A stretch of DNA of 64,000 nt from Candidatus Micrarchaeota archaeon (GTDB taxonomy: Archaea; Micrarchaeota; Micrarchaeia; Micrarchaeales; Micrarchaeaceae). The notes below the pieces were generated by a model that was not told where the DNA came from, did not search any database, and saw nothing but the letters and a program-made list of their open reading frames with translations. Shown in pieces: positions 10,843-21,108 of this stretch. Numbering within the stretch: the stretch's first letter is position 1; each line of letters opens with the position of its first letter. The translations under genes were made by a program, and so were the position numbers. The stretch is taken from assembly GCA_021800515.1 (NCBI GenBank), contig JAJYYU010000001.1, positions 6,975-70,974 of the forward strand. The letters are read 5' to 3'.

Positions 10843-11421
10843 TTACTTAGTGTCTTCATTAAAAAGATCAGATATTGCGTCGGTGAACCTTTTTTTAGCA
10901 TCTTCAAACATATGTTGTTTATTATTTATTATATGCATAGAGATATTTAAATATGCCGTGTATTGCGACAAAATAGACATATTAATAAGTCTCTGGGTAT
11001 TTATAAGGTAATCATCTTCATTTTCTCTTATCCGTGTCCTATCATTTATTCTTCTTACAAGTATATCTTCTGTTTCTGCATCAATGTAGACGAAGCCAAT
11101 TATATCCCCAAGCTTCTTTACTGTTTCCAGAGGTAGTCCAGGAAGATATCTCCCATTTGCAGCTATCGAAGCATGTGTATCTAATATTATATTCCCTTCC
11201 ATCTCTGATACTTTTTTAAATGCATAGTCCCTGAGTTCTGTTATCTTTTTATTTGATAAGTATCTTATCTGGTCTCTATTCTTTATGTATCCTTTTTCAA
11301 GCCCCACTGATTCCATTATAGAGCCTATATTTGCTATTTTGCAGTCTATTCCTTCCAAAGATTTCATAAGTGTGCTTTTTCCAGATCCTGGGGAGCCTGA
11401 GACTATTATTATTCTCTTCAT
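10843..11421 (-). CDS. adkA: adenylate kinase, archaeal AdkA type
   Basis: 192 aa. P-loop IIVSGSPGSGKST, with AdkA-like length and layout. Confidence 0.88.
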   Translation of the reverse strand: MKRIIIVSGSPGSGKSTLMKSLEGIDCKIANIGSIMESVGLEKGYIKNRDQIRYLSNKKITELRDYAFKKVSEMEGNIILDTHASIAANGRYLPGLPLETVKKLGDIIGFVYIDAETEDILVRRINDRTRIRENEDDYLINTQRLINMSILSQYTAYLNISMHIINNKQHMFEDAKKRFTDAISDLFNEDTK

Positions 11422-11563
11422 CTAGTCATCTATTGCATTGACTTTAATTTTTTGATATTTTATATTTATTATCTTTTTTATTATATTTTAGTTATATCTT
11501 ATATTATATTTATTTTTTATATCCTCTGTTCTAGTTTTTATCAAATATATAAAAATATAAAAA

Positions 11564-12373
11564 TCAAGATCTGAGCTTATTAAATACATTGGAAAGCACT
11601 TCTGAAATTGAATATGAGTTAAAGTGTGCAGTAGTGTCTTTGTATGTTAATTGAATCCTAAACTCCTTTGCAGAACTTCCTGCAAATTCTGTGTACCCTT
11701 TTCCAATAGACTCCTTTGTATGAGCATTGCTAACTCCTAACTCTGCAAGGCCAAGAGAGATATTTGCTAGGTATGCCATTATATTTGGTGCAATTGAAAA
11801 GGTATATGAATTGCTGACTACTTCTATAGCGTCAAAAGCAAGTTCATGTAATATATTTTTTACAGGTTCATATCCCTCTTCATTGAAAGATGAAAACCTA
11901 AAAGGGTGGGTTGCAACTGCAATCCCTCCTTGTTTGTGTATTTCATATATTGTATCCTTTGCATCCTTTCCTGGCATTATTTTGTTGTTCAGGAAAAGTC
12001 CAACTATATGCCCGTTTTTTGTAGATATCTCTTCTCCTATTATGACATCAACTTTTATGTTGTTCCTGAGTGCATACTCTTTTGCTCTTAATGCGCCTTT
12101 TATAGTATCATGGTCTGTTATTGCTATTACTTGCAACTTTCCAGCAGCTCTATCTACAATGTCTTCAGGAGAATCTATCCCATTACTGTGGTTTGAATGG
12201 ATGTGCAAATCTGCCTTAGAGTAAACAATAGCACTTATATCATCTGATTCAGCAAAAACAAATGGCTTTTCCAAAGCAGTACATGAACTTGACTGCAAAG
12301 ATATCCTTAGATTTTTGTGCATTTTTCTACTGCTTATTTTTTCAGAAATGACTTTACTGTAATTTAGTTCCAT
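11564..12373 (-). CDS. PHP-domain metal-dependent phosphoesterase
   Basis: ADLHIHSNHSNG...VIAITDHDT...VATHPF histidine motifs of the PHP fold. The true start may be an internal Met. Confidence 0.75.
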   Translation of the reverse strand: MELNYSKVISEKISSRKMHKNLRISLQSSSCTALEKPFVFAESDDISAIVYSKADLHIHSNHSNGIDSPEDIVDRAAGKLQVIAITDHDTIKGALRAKEYALRNNIKVDVIIGEEISTKNGHIVGLFLNNKIMPGKDAKDTIYEIHKQGGIAVATHPFRFSSFNEEGYEPVKNILHELAFDAIEVVSNSYTFSIAPNIMAYLANISLGLAELGVSNAHTKESIGKGYTEFAGSSAKEFRIQLTYKDTTAHFNSYSISEVLSNVFNKLRS

Positions 12374-12449
12374 TATTTTCCCACTATAACTGTTTACAAG
12401 TTCTGTACTGGCTTATATATAAACCCTACTATTTTTCCGTTTGTTTTGT

Positions 12450-12770
12450 TCAGAAGGTTATTACAGAGTATCCCTTTTCAATACTCTCTGCTATGAATCC
12501 TCCACCCTTTACCATATTTGTTATTTTTTTCAGTCTGCCTTCCTTATCTACTTGTTCTGCAATGAAAACGCATGCACTTGGTTTGAATTCCTTAAATTCG
12601 CTGTTTACCTTTTCATACAGATCATTGTTTTCAACAAGCACTTTCTCGCTTGGGCCGAAAAATAGCACCTCTATATCATTTCCTGCATCTTTTTGTCTTT
12701 TACTAAAATTCAATGCCATCTCTATTTTTTCCTGTTCTTTGCTTATTATTAAAGATAATATCTTAGCCAT
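12450..12770 (-). CDS. DsrE-like small protein
   Basis: 106 aa. Rossmann-like pattern KILSLIIS...EKIEMALNF...IEVLFFGPS...ACVFI...GG resembles the DsrE/DsrF-like family. Confidence 0.45.
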   Translation of the reverse strand: MAKILSLIISKEQEKIEMALNFSKRQKDAGNDIEVLFFGPSEKVLVENNDLYEKVNSEFKEFKPSACVFIAEQVDKEGRLKKITNMVKGGGFIAESIEKGYSVITF

Positions 12771-12837
12771 ATTTTCACATATTATTATATTTTAAAAAAC
12801 TAAAAAGATAAATAAAAAATAAAAAAGAATGGAATTA

Positions 12838-14493
12838 TTATTCCATTCCGCCCATTCCTCCACCCATGTTAGGAGGCATTCCTGCGCCGCCAGATTTTCC
12901 TTTTGAGCTTATCATATCGTCGATTCTGAGAATTATCTCTGCAGCTTCGCTTGCACTGAATATTGCTTGCTTCTTTACCATCATAGGTTCATAGATTCCA
13001 AGCTTATCCATGTTGCTTACTGAATTATTCATGATATCAACTCCATATACAGATCCATCTTTACCTTTATGTTTACTCCTGAGCTCTACAAGAGTATCGA
13101 CAGGATACATACCTGCACTTTCAGAAAGTGTCTTAGGAACTATCTCTATTGCATCAGCAAACTTTTGGACAGCAAGTTGCTCTCTTCCTCCAACGTCACT
13201 TGCGTATGCCCTTAAACTATTTGCAATGTCTATCTCAATGCTTCCTCCACCTATAACAAATCTGCCATTTTCAATAGCGCTTGAGACTGCTCCTATTACA
13301 TCTGCAAGGGATCTTTCTGCTTCATCGACTGCCTGCTGGGTTCCGCCACGTATAAAAATTGTCACTGATTTTGGGACTTTGCATTTTTCAACAAATATCA
13401 TTTGTTCTCCACTAATTTTCCTCTCTTCTACAAGTCCTGCAAATCCAAGATCATTAATATTCAGGTCCTCGAGGCTTGTAACAATCTTCCCGCCTGTTGC
13501 CCTTGACAGCTTTTCCATATCACTTTTTTTGACTCTTCTGACAGCCATTATACCTGCTTTAGCAAGGTAGTGCTGTGCAACATCGTCAATGCCTTTTTGA
13601 GTAACAAGAACATCAGCTTTTACATTCTTTACTTTTTCAACCATCTCTTTGAGCATTTTCTCCTCCTGCTGCAGGAATGCCTGCATTTGCTCAGGTGAAG
13701 TTATCTCTATTTTTGCATCTGTTTCTGTCTTCTCGATTTCAAGTGCTACATCCATTAATGCAATTTTTGCATTTGCTATTGTTTTAGGCATACCCGGATG
13801 TGCCACTTCCTTGTCTATAAGTACTCCATTTATGAGTTCTGTATTGTTTATACTGCCCCCTGCCTTTTTCTCTATCTTTATGAAGTCATGGTCTACTGTG
13901 TATTTTCCGGAATTGTTCTGCTCAACAACTTGTTTTACAGCACTGATTACTATTTTTGATAGTGCTTTTTTTGTGTTATCATCCCCTATGTTTTTTGACC
14001 CTATTGAAACAAGGGCTATTTTCTGCAGAATGTTATCATCTTTTATGTCTATTGCTTTTGATTTTTGGAAAAGAATTTCAGAAGCCTTATTTGCAGCCAT
14101 CTTATACCCTCTTATTATTGTTGTTGGGTGTATGCCTTGTTCAAGAAGTTCTCCTGCACCACGCAGAAGCTCTCCAGCCATTATAACTACAGTTGTTGTC
14201 CCATCTCCAACTTCCTTGTCCTGCGTTTTTGCGATATCTACCATGATTTTCGCAACAGGATGTTCTACATTCATTTCTTCAAGTATTGTAGCTCCGTCGT
14301 TAGTTATAACTATATCCCCAAGTTCACTCACAAGCATCTTGTCCATACCTTTTGGACCGAGTGTCGTCTTTATTGCATTTGCTACTGCAATCCCGACTGC
14401 AATGTTTGTTCTTTGTGCATCTCTGCCGAGGACTCTTGATGAACCCTCAGGAAGCAATAATATCTGTTGGCCTTCTAATCTGTTGTCTGTCAT
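12838..14493 (-). CDS. ths: thermosome subunit (group II chaperonin)
   Basis: 551 aa. TLGPKGMDKM, VGDGTTT and a C-terminal GGM-rich tail (GGAGMPPNMGGGMGGME). Confidence 0.96.
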   Translation of the reverse strand: MTDNRLEGQQILLLPEGSSRVLGRDAQRTNIAVGIAVANAIKTTLGPKGMDKMLVSELGDIVITNDGATILEEMNVEHPVAKIMVDIAKTQDKEVGDGTTTVVIMAGELLRGAGELLEQGIHPTTIIRGYKMAANKASEILFQKSKAIDIKDDNILQKIALVSIGSKNIGDDNTKKALSKIVISAVKQVVEQNNSGKYTVDHDFIKIEKKAGGSINNTELINGVLIDKEVAHPGMPKTIANAKIALMDVALEIEKTETDAKIEITSPEQMQAFLQQEEKMLKEMVEKVKNVKADVLVTQKGIDDVAQHYLAKAGIMAVRRVKKSDMEKLSRATGGKIVTSLEDLNINDLGFAGLVEERKISGEQMIFVEKCKVPKSVTIFIRGGTQQAVDEAERSLADVIGAVSSAIENGRFVIGGGSIEIDIANSLRAYASDVGGREQLAVQKFADAIEIVPKTLSESAGMYPVDTLVELRSKHKGKDGSVYGVDIMNNSVSNMDKLGIYEPMMVKKQAIFSASEAAEIILRIDDMISSKGKSGGAGMPPNMGGGMGGME

Positions 14494-14785
14494 ATTTACA
14501 CCTTTGTTTTTACAAATTTGTTTTTTAATTGGTTTTAATATAATTTTTAATTTAATATATTTTTTAATATAATCCGTATTGTATATTATCTCTTCTATCT
14601 TAATTAAGTTTGATAACTCTACTTAACATCAACTGCAAGATTTAGAACCAATTATAATGCAACGTTTTTATTGTTAGATTATAATTTTGATATATATATT
14701 ATAAAATAGAAAAATATATAATAATTTCTTTTAAAAGGGTTAAGGTAGAAGATAAGAAATTTGAAAGGTTTAGGAAAGGGCTTTA

Positions 14786-15376
14786 ATGTCATCGATTATA
14801 TTCAAAGAAAATGGAAAAACATCTTATAGTGGCAATGAATCTTATAAGCAGATTGATAGCCTTCTTAGTAACTCAAGCGAATTAAAGATAATTTCTCCGT
14901 ATATAAGTTTGTTCTATGCAAAAAAACTTGCAGGATTGGCAAAATCAAAGAAAATATGGATTATAACTGCAAAGCCTAATTCTGATAGTGATCTTGCTGC
15001 TTTTAAATACTTAACAAAACTCAATAATATAATGGCTTTTATTAAACTATTTATATATTTTGCAATTATAGGTGCATTTGCAATATTGTTTAAATTTTAC
15101 ACAGCAGCATTGATACTTGTTGTAGTTTTTCTGCTAATATTTGCCGCATTAAGGCTTAAATATGGATCTATAACGCATTCAAATATCTTTTTAAAAACAT
15201 CAAAGCAATTCATACATGAAAAGATTTATATTGGAAACAACTCTGCAATAATTGGAAGTGCAAATCTTACTTACAGTGGCACGCATAAGAATATAGAGTA
15301 TATAGAAGTAATCAGAGAAAAAGAGAAAATAAAATCTCTTGAAAAACATTTTGACTCATTGTGGTCTTCACTTTAA
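14786..15376 (+). CDS. PLD-like (HKD/HKN superfamily) membrane protein
   Basis: 196 aa. Single motif HEKIYIGNNSAIIGSANLT (H-x-K...N...GSxN, with Asn where Asp is usual). Long hydrophobic stretch IMAFIKLFIYFAIIGAFAILFKFYTAALILVVVFLLIFAAL mid-protein. Confidence 0.55.
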   Translation: MSSIIFKENGKTSYSGNESYKQIDSLLSNSSELKIISPYISLFYAKKLAGLAKSKKIWIITAKPNSDSDLAAFKYLTKLNNIMAFIKLFIYFAIIGAFAILFKFYTAALILVVVFLLIFAALRLKYGSITHSNIFLKTSKQFIHEKIYIGNNSAIIGSANLTYSGTHKNIEYIEVIREKEKIKSLEKHFDSLWSSL

Positions 15377-15379
15377 GCA

Positions 15380-15994
15380 TTATTTCGTTTTCTGTTCTGT
15401 GTGCTCTTTCAAAGCCAGCATAGGCAGTATTGCCTTGACTATTTTGTTTGAAATCCTGTTTATCCTGTCTTTGTAATGCAGTATGATAGCGCTAATCGCG
15501 ATGCTAATTACCATTCCTGCTATTACGTCTGTAAAGTAATGCAGTCCAAGATAAATTCTTCCGAATAAAATCAAGGCTAACCATGCGATATACAGCACTC
15601 TTACATATTTATGTTTTCCAAGAAAAAGAACGAGCCCTGTCAAAACGCTTGCATGATTGCTTGGAAATGAAAATGTGTTTTCGCATGCGATATGATTGAT
15701 CCATGAAAGCTCAGCGATGTTGCACGGCCGTGGCTCCTTTGTTATTATTTTTATTAAATCAGATACGATAAAAAGAAGTATGCCTGCGATAACAAATGAA
15801 TAAACATTGTTATTTTTTCTAAGATAAAGGTATAACACTAGAATAGGCAGCACAACAAGAAAACTTTTGCTTAGTACTGACATAACTGCTGTCAGAGCAG
15901 GGCTTGCAATAGCCTGTACTGCATGAAATGCCCATAAGTTTATTGAAATCTTGTATGGCAGGATGTAAAGTATATATGCTAATCCAAAATTCAA
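15380..15994 (-). CDS. PAP2 family lipid phosphatase
   Basis: 204 aa, polytopic. The three PAP2 motifs are present: KEPRP, PSNHAS and GRIYLGLHYFTDV. Confidence 0.85.
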   Translation of the reverse strand: MNFGLAYILYILPYKISINLWAFHAVQAIASPALTAVMSVLSKSFLVVLPILVLYLYLRKNNNVYSFVIAGILLFIVSDLIKIITKEPRPCNIAELSWINHIACENTFSFPSNHASVLTGLVLFLGKHKYVRVLYIAWLALILFGRIYLGLHYFTDVIAGMVISIAISAIILHYKDRINRISNKIVKAILPMLALKEHTEQKTK

Positions 15995-16177
15995 GTAAGC
16001 ACCGTATAGTTATAATCAACTATAACTATAAATATTTGCAACAAATTTATTTAATTTTATTGTAAACAAAAGTTACTATTATTAATTAAGCAGCAATTAT
16101 TCAGCAATCTATTATACTTTTTATTTTTGAAATACTAATTTTACAGATCTTATTACAGTTTACTAAACTAGGATTTT

Positions 16178-17176
16178 ATGCGAAATAATAATATAGAGTC
16201 AGAGTATCTTGCGAGACTCGCACCCATATTTCAGCATGAATTCATAAAACAACTTAAGCATTCTGGTTGTGCATACAGAAAACTAAATAAGTATTATTTT
16301 TTAATTTCTTCTAAAAGACCTATAAAATCTATATTTTTGCATTCAATATTTAAGGTAAAAATGAAATTTGAAGTTTCAGGTTTTACTAAAAAGAGAATCG
16401 ATGACTTATCAGGGTTGATGCAGGATTTTGTTAAAAAGTCAATAAACAAAAAAACGCCTTTCAAGATAAATTGTAATATATCTGGAATACAAACATTTAA
16501 CACAGATACAATTGGCATGAATGCTAAAGATATAGAGGTTATGATAGGAACCAAGCTTGAATTGCAGGGATATAAAATTGATTTGCTAAAACCTAAATAT
16601 ATTTTTATTTTAGATATATTTAATACAGTTATTATTGCGGGCAAGGTTGACTTAAAAAATCCTGCAGCAATAAATATCATTGAAAAGCCTGATGATATAA
16701 GCAGAGCTCAGTTGAAATTAAGGGAGGCAATACTCTATTTTAAAATTGATCTGTCAAGCGTAAGAAATGCGCTTGATCTTGGTGCTGCGCCAGGCGGGTT
16801 CAGTAAAGAATTAAGCATGCATAGAATAAAGGTTATTGCAGTTGACACTGCAGATCTTGACAAAAGGCTTGAAAAAGATCGAAATATTACACATTTAAAA
16901 ATAAAAGCAGCTCAAATAAATTCAGATTATATATTTGACATGATTACAAATGATATGAATATAGACCCTGTTGAATCTGCACAAGTTATGTTAAACTTAA
17001 GTAATCACCTAAGCAGTAACGGGTTTGCAGTAATGACAATAAAATGCCCTTCAAAAAATGTATCAAATTATATAAAAAATACAAAAAAAATATTATCTGC
17101 AAAATATACTAGATTTAGGCTTCAGCACTTGCCGCATAACAGGATGGAAATTACTCTATTTATGCTGAAAAAATAA
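16178..17176 (+). CDS. FtsJ/RlmM-like SAM-dependent RNA methyltransferase
   Basis: 332 aa. SAM motif LDLGAAPGGFSKEL in the C-terminal half, preceded by a THUMP-like N-terminal region. Confidence 0.65.
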   Translation: MRNNNIESEYLARLAPIFQHEFIKQLKHSGCAYRKLNKYYFLISSKRPIKSIFLHSIFKVKMKFEVSGFTKKRIDDLSGLMQDFVKKSINKKTPFKINCNISGIQTFNTDTIGMNAKDIEVMIGTKLELQGYKIDLLKPKYIFILDIFNTVIIAGKVDLKNPAAINIIEKPDDISRAQLKLREAILYFKIDLSSVRNALDLGAAPGGFSKELSMHRIKVIAVDTADLDKRLEKDRNITHLKIKAAQINSDYIFDMITNDMNIDPVESAQVMLNLSNHLSSNGFAVMTIKCPSKNVSNYIKNTKKILSAKYTRFRLQHLPHNRMEITLFMLKK

Positions 17177-17192
17177 TATGATAATATAGTTA

Positions 17193-18335
17193 TTATTCTT
17201 TATTTTTATCTATTTTTACTTTTTTGAATACAAGTTCCATTTTCCCTGTCGTCTCTAGAAAAAGATCCTGCTCATCTATTACAGTTTTGCTTGCAGGATT
17301 TAGTTTGAAGTGATATTTGAATAATTCCGCCATTTTCTTATTTGTCGATGTTTTGTCCTGTATACATATAAGTTCATATCCTATCCCTTGCATTGCATTT
17401 TTAGCTGTTTTCAGGACAGCTTGTATGTACTCATTTTTTGCAATTGGGGAAAATCCAGATTTAAGAGGATTAGGAATAAAATAAGTCTCATTTATCTCCT
17501 TCCATTTAAAATCATCAAATGTAACACTGTTATTTTTATAGTCATGATAAAAGTTCTTGAAATGGAGAATAAGCTCTGCAGCCTTTGGAAAAGCTATTGA
17601 AATAGAATTACTTGCACTTAATAGAGGATAAGAATTGTATTCTAACTCTAAGTTAGACATTACGTTATTCTGCTTAACATCCCATCCTTTAAATAGCCTA
17701 TAGTATTTTTGGAAATAATTGTAAAACTTTATTGAAAAATCGGAAATAAAGTTTATTTCTACATTTCCCTTATATTCTGGCAAGGAAAAATCCCTAAGGA
17801 TGAAAATACCATTATCTGCCAATTGCCCTGGCACTGCACTTATTGCTTCAATCCAGGAGTTCTTGCCACTAGGCATATAACTATAGATCTCATGTAGAAG
17901 GGATGACTCAATTATGACATCAATACTGTTTTTTTGGAAATGAACATTTGTTGCGCTCCCAACAATAAAATTTACTTCTAACCCCTGCGTTTTCATCATT
18001 TCTGCAACATTGTCTATTGCATTTTTAGAAAGGTCTAGTCCGTAAATTTGTGTATGTAAAGGTTTAAACTGCTTTGCAAGTGCAATCAATTCTGCGCCTG
18101 AACCCACACCTACTGATACAATAGACTTAGGCGTTCTTATGAATTTACGAATTAACTGCATTTTCTGTTCTGCAACGGCTACAGCCTCTAAAGGATCTAA
18201 ATGCGCCTCTTCATAACAGCCCTTGCCTGATGTTTTGTCAAGGTATTCTTTTGGGAAAGTCTCTCCTATTTTAGTATTCCCTGTATTTGTGCTACCCATA
18301 TTTTTCAGGAATTTATTAGCTATATCAACACCCAT
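17193..18335 (-). CDS. class I SAM-dependent methyltransferase
   Basis: 380 aa. Motif I VSVGVGSGAELIALA followed by an acidic residue (GLDLS). Confidence 0.65.
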   Translation of the reverse strand: MGVDIANKFLKNMGSTNTGNTKIGETFPKEYLDKTSGKGCYEEAHLDPLEAVAVAEQKMQLIRKFIRTPKSIVSVGVGSGAELIALAKQFKPLHTQIYGLDLSKNAIDNVAEMMKTQGLEVNFIVGSATNVHFQKNSIDVIIESSLLHEIYSYMPSGKNSWIEAISAVPGQLADNGIFILRDFSLPEYKGNVEINFISDFSIKFYNYFQKYYRLFKGWDVKQNNVMSNLELEYNSYPLLSASNSISIAFPKAAELILHFKNFYHDYKNNSVTFDDFKWKEINETYFIPNPLKSGFSPIAKNEYIQAVLKTAKNAMQGIGYELICIQDKTSTNKKMAELFKYHFKLNPASKTVIDEQDLFLETTGKMELVFKKVKIDKNKE

Positions 18336-18357
18336 ATAATAAAGATGGATAAGATAT

Positions 18358-18993
18358 TTATGTGCTACTGAGCTCTGATTCTAGTTCTTTAAGGAATTCT
18401 ATAAGGAACCTTTTTTTTCTACTTGCCATTATCTTTGCAGTTTTTGTATTTAATCTGGTATCTGCTATAAGTAGTCTGCTGTAAAAATGATCAATAGCAT
18501 AGATTTTTTCATTTGGAGTCCTTTTTCTACAAAAGGGGTCATTCATATTGTAGAATGATTTAAGGTGCATGCTTTCTGCTGAAGCAAAAGTCCTCATTAT
18601 TGCAACAGCTCCTTCTGCCTCAAGAAGATCTGCATCTTGCAGGATCTTTGCCTCTAATGTTTCAGCTTTAATATTTTTTGAAAAAGAGCACACAGAAATT
18701 GCATATGCAACATTGTTTATTTTGTCTTTTGTATAGCCTAATGTTTCAAGTGTTTTTTTTGCAAAATCAGAGCTTTCTTCATGTTCATACCTATGCCTTC
18801 TGGTCCCTTTATATACTCTTACATCGTGGAAAAGCGCTGCAGGAACAAGTACATCCATATCCGCGCCCTCTTTTTTACCTATTTTTTCAGCTGAAACTAA
18901 AACCCTATATGCATGGCTGAAGTCATGGGAAAGATCATTGTGTATATTATTTTTAGCTATATTCATAAGTCTGTTTCTTAATTTTATGTTCAT
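18358..18993 (-). CDS. HD-domain phosphohydrolase
   Basis: 211 aa. HDFSHAYRV...AALFHDV...DADLLE pattern of the HD superfamily. Confidence 0.75.
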   Translation of the reverse strand: MNIKLRNRLMNIAKNNIHNDLSHDFSHAYRVLVSAEKIGKKEGADMDVLVPAALFHDVRVYKGTRRHRYEHEESSDFAKKTLETLGYTKDKINNVAYAISVCSFSKNIKAETLEAKILQDADLLEAEGAVAIMRTFASAESMHLKSFYNMNDPFCRKRTPNEKIYAIDHFYSRLLIADTRLNTKTAKIMASRKKRFLIEFLKELESELSST

Positions 18994-19035
18994 AATAAAA
19001 CCCCTATGCTTTATGTCAATTATAAAAATTATTTA

Positions 19036-20109
19036 TTACAAAAATACTGATTTCTTTTTTCCAATAAGTACATCATCCTCTATTCTCACACCTCCGAAGC
19101 CTACAATATATATCCCAGGCTCATCACTTATGACCATATTTTTCTTAAGTTTCACATTCTGCTGTGAGAAGCTTGCGCCAGGATCATGAGTTTCTATTCC
19201 TATACTATGCCCAAGCGAATGTATAAATCTGCCTTTGTATTTCCCTCCATGTGCAGTATTGATAAATTCCGCAGCTGCAGCATGCACATCCTTGCCATCT
19301 TCATCTTCAACAGCCTTCTCAAGGCCTATTTGTTGTGCTTTATAGACAGTTTCATAGATTTCAGACATCTTTTTGTATTTTGTTGATGTTTTATCAGGTT
19401 TGAAAAAGAATGTCCTTGTAAGGTCAGCACAATAGTTTTTGTATTTTGCGCCTGCATCTATAAGCACTATGCTATTGTTTGCGAGTTTGGTATTGTCTGG
19501 AAAATGGTGGGGTAGTGCAGAATTCTTTCCAAAAGACACTATTGTGTCAAAGGCTTCTTTATCAGATCCATTGTAAGCCATAAGATAATTGAATCGTGCA
19601 GCTATCTTCTTTTCCGTTATTCCTTCTTTGAAATATTTTGGGATTTCTTTAAATGCCTTTTTTGTGATGGAGTTTGCAATCCTCATTTTTTTAAGTTCTA
19701 CCTCATCTTTTATAACCCGGGCCTTTGCAAAAGCTTCTGAAATATTAACAATCCTGCGAGGCTTGAATTTTTTAATTATACCTAAACTTCGTGAAGGCAA
19801 AAAGTCCATATTTAGACCGATTGTTTTGCCCTCTATCTCTTTTTTTAGCATATTTGACATCTCATTACTGTCTTTAATATTAACTACATCCATAATTTTA
19901 TTTTTTTGTTTAAGTGCAGTCTCATATTCAAGGCTGTTTGTAAGTAATTCCATTCTGTCCCTCTTAGTTAACAATATGTTATTTTCAAACAACCCGCTCT
20001 CAAATTCTGTTAAATAAAGGAAATTAGGATCCTCATTTCCTGTGTTTAATAATAGTATAAGGTCTACATTCTTTGCGTTCTTGAATATATCTTCAAGTTT
20101 TCTATTCAT
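19036..20109 (-). CDS. M24 family Xaa-Pro peptidase
   Basis: 357 aa. Pita-bread metal ligands in context: IDAGAKYKNYCADLTRT, HSLGHSIGIETHD, EPGIY, GGVRIEDDV. Confidence 0.88.
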   Translation of the reverse strand: MNRKLEDIFKNAKNVDLILLLNTGNEDPNFLYLTEFESGLFENNILLTKRDRMELLTNSLEYETALKQKNKIMDVVNIKDSNEMSNMLKKEIEGKTIGLNMDFLPSRSLGIIKKFKPRRIVNISEAFAKARVIKDEVELKKMRIANSITKKAFKEIPKYFKEGITEKKIAARFNYLMAYNGSDKEAFDTIVSFGKNSALPHHFPDNTKLANNSIVLIDAGAKYKNYCADLTRTFFFKPDKTSTKYKKMSEIYETVYKAQQIGLEKAVEDEDGKDVHAAAAEFINTAHGGKYKGRFIHSLGHSIGIETHDPGASFSQQNVKLKKNMVISDEPGIYIVGFGGVRIEDDVLIGKKKSVFL

Positions 20110-20124
20110 GTCTTTTCCCTATTT

Positions 20125-20439
20125 TTATCTATAATTCCCATTGCCGCTTATTTTATTTCTTTTTTTTCTGTCTTTCAACTTTGCAATGTTATCTACTGCA
20201 ATATCATTAAGCTTTAAGCCAATATCACTTGCCAATGCAGATATATACCAAAGTATATCTCCTAGTTCCTTTGATGCGTCCTCTTTATTTAATTTCACGC
20301 CGTCTCTTATAACTTTTTGTATCATATTATTGAGTTCACCAACTTCTCCAGAGAGCGCAAGTGCGGGATAGAACATCTTGTAGTTTTTTGGATATACAGC
20401 ACTTTTTCTAGCCTGCCTTTGATATTCTTTAAAATCCAT
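20125..20439 (-). CDS. MazG-like nucleotide pyrophosphohydrolase
   Basis: 104 aa. ALSGEVGELNN...ELGDILWY pattern of the all-alpha NTP-PPase family. Confidence 0.8.
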   Translation of the reverse strand: MDFKEYQRQARKSAVYPKNYKMFYPALALSGEVGELNNMIQKVIRDGVKLNKEDASKELGDILWYISALASDIGLKLNDIAVDNIAKLKDRKKRNKISGNGNYR

Positions 20440-20555
20440 TAAATCACCATAAGTTATAATAATTATTAATTTACAACATTAAAGTATAATAGAGTTTGCA
20501 AAATTTTACATGCAATATAAAGCTGAAATATTTATTGCATTAACTATTGATCATT

Positions 20556-21086
20556 ATGAAGATTTCAATAATAAGCACAAGTGACCCTTCTAAGATAGTG
20601 AAATACTCAAAGATAAGTGCAGAGGACTTAAGCCAGCTCTCAAATGACATTGGCAAACTGCTGGCAAAAAAAGGCCATGAAATTATACTTGTGCCTGATA
20701 AGGGCCTGCACACAGAGATTGCAGAAGCTTATAAAAACAACAAAGGCAAGAAAATATATGGGATGGTACCAAAAAATGATACAAAGTTTGGCATAGACAA
20801 TACAAAACAGTATATTGAACTTGTTGATGAGAAAATAGAATATGATCACTGGTTTGATGTTGATGGCGAGATAGCCGCAAGTGGTGATATTTGTCTTGTA
20901 CTTGGCCTTTCGCCAGGGATAATGCGTCAGATATGCGCTTTGAAATACCATTACAAGTTTTTCAATTCAAAAACAAAATTAATATGGTTTGAAAATACAA
21001 TTTCGCAGTTGATACAGAAAGAGATACAGGAAGAAATACCAATAATATATGTAAATTCAATCTCTGATCTGGAGCAATTCGTATAA
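20556..21086 (+). CDS. hypothetical protein, LOG/TIGR00725-like Rossmann fold
   Basis: ISIISTS...IGKLLAKKGHEIILVPDKGLHTEIAEAYKNNKGKKIYGMVP...SGDICLVLGLSPGIMRQI resembles the SLOG/LOG pattern. ORF is open from TTG 20547; first ATG is 20556. Confidence 0.4.
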   Translation: MKISIISTSDPSKIVKYSKISAEDLSQLSNDIGKLLAKKGHEIILVPDKGLHTEIAEAYKNNKGKKIYGMVPKNDTKFGIDNTKQYIELVDEKIEYDHWFDVDGEIAASGDICLVLGLSPGIMRQICALKYHYKFFNSKTKLIWFENTISQLIQKEIQEEIPIIYVNSISDLEQFV

Positions 21087-21108
21087 TTTGCGGATTACAG
21101 GTGTGTTA

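Noticed and set aside
13649-14572. 307-aa plus-strand ORF (with 13010..13570, 13956..14186 and 14065..14439) opposite the thermosome gene
   Set aside because: These are shadow ORFs antisense to a gene with unmistakable chaperonin motifs. Their products are low-complexity Ser/Ile/Phe-rich strings with no motifs.
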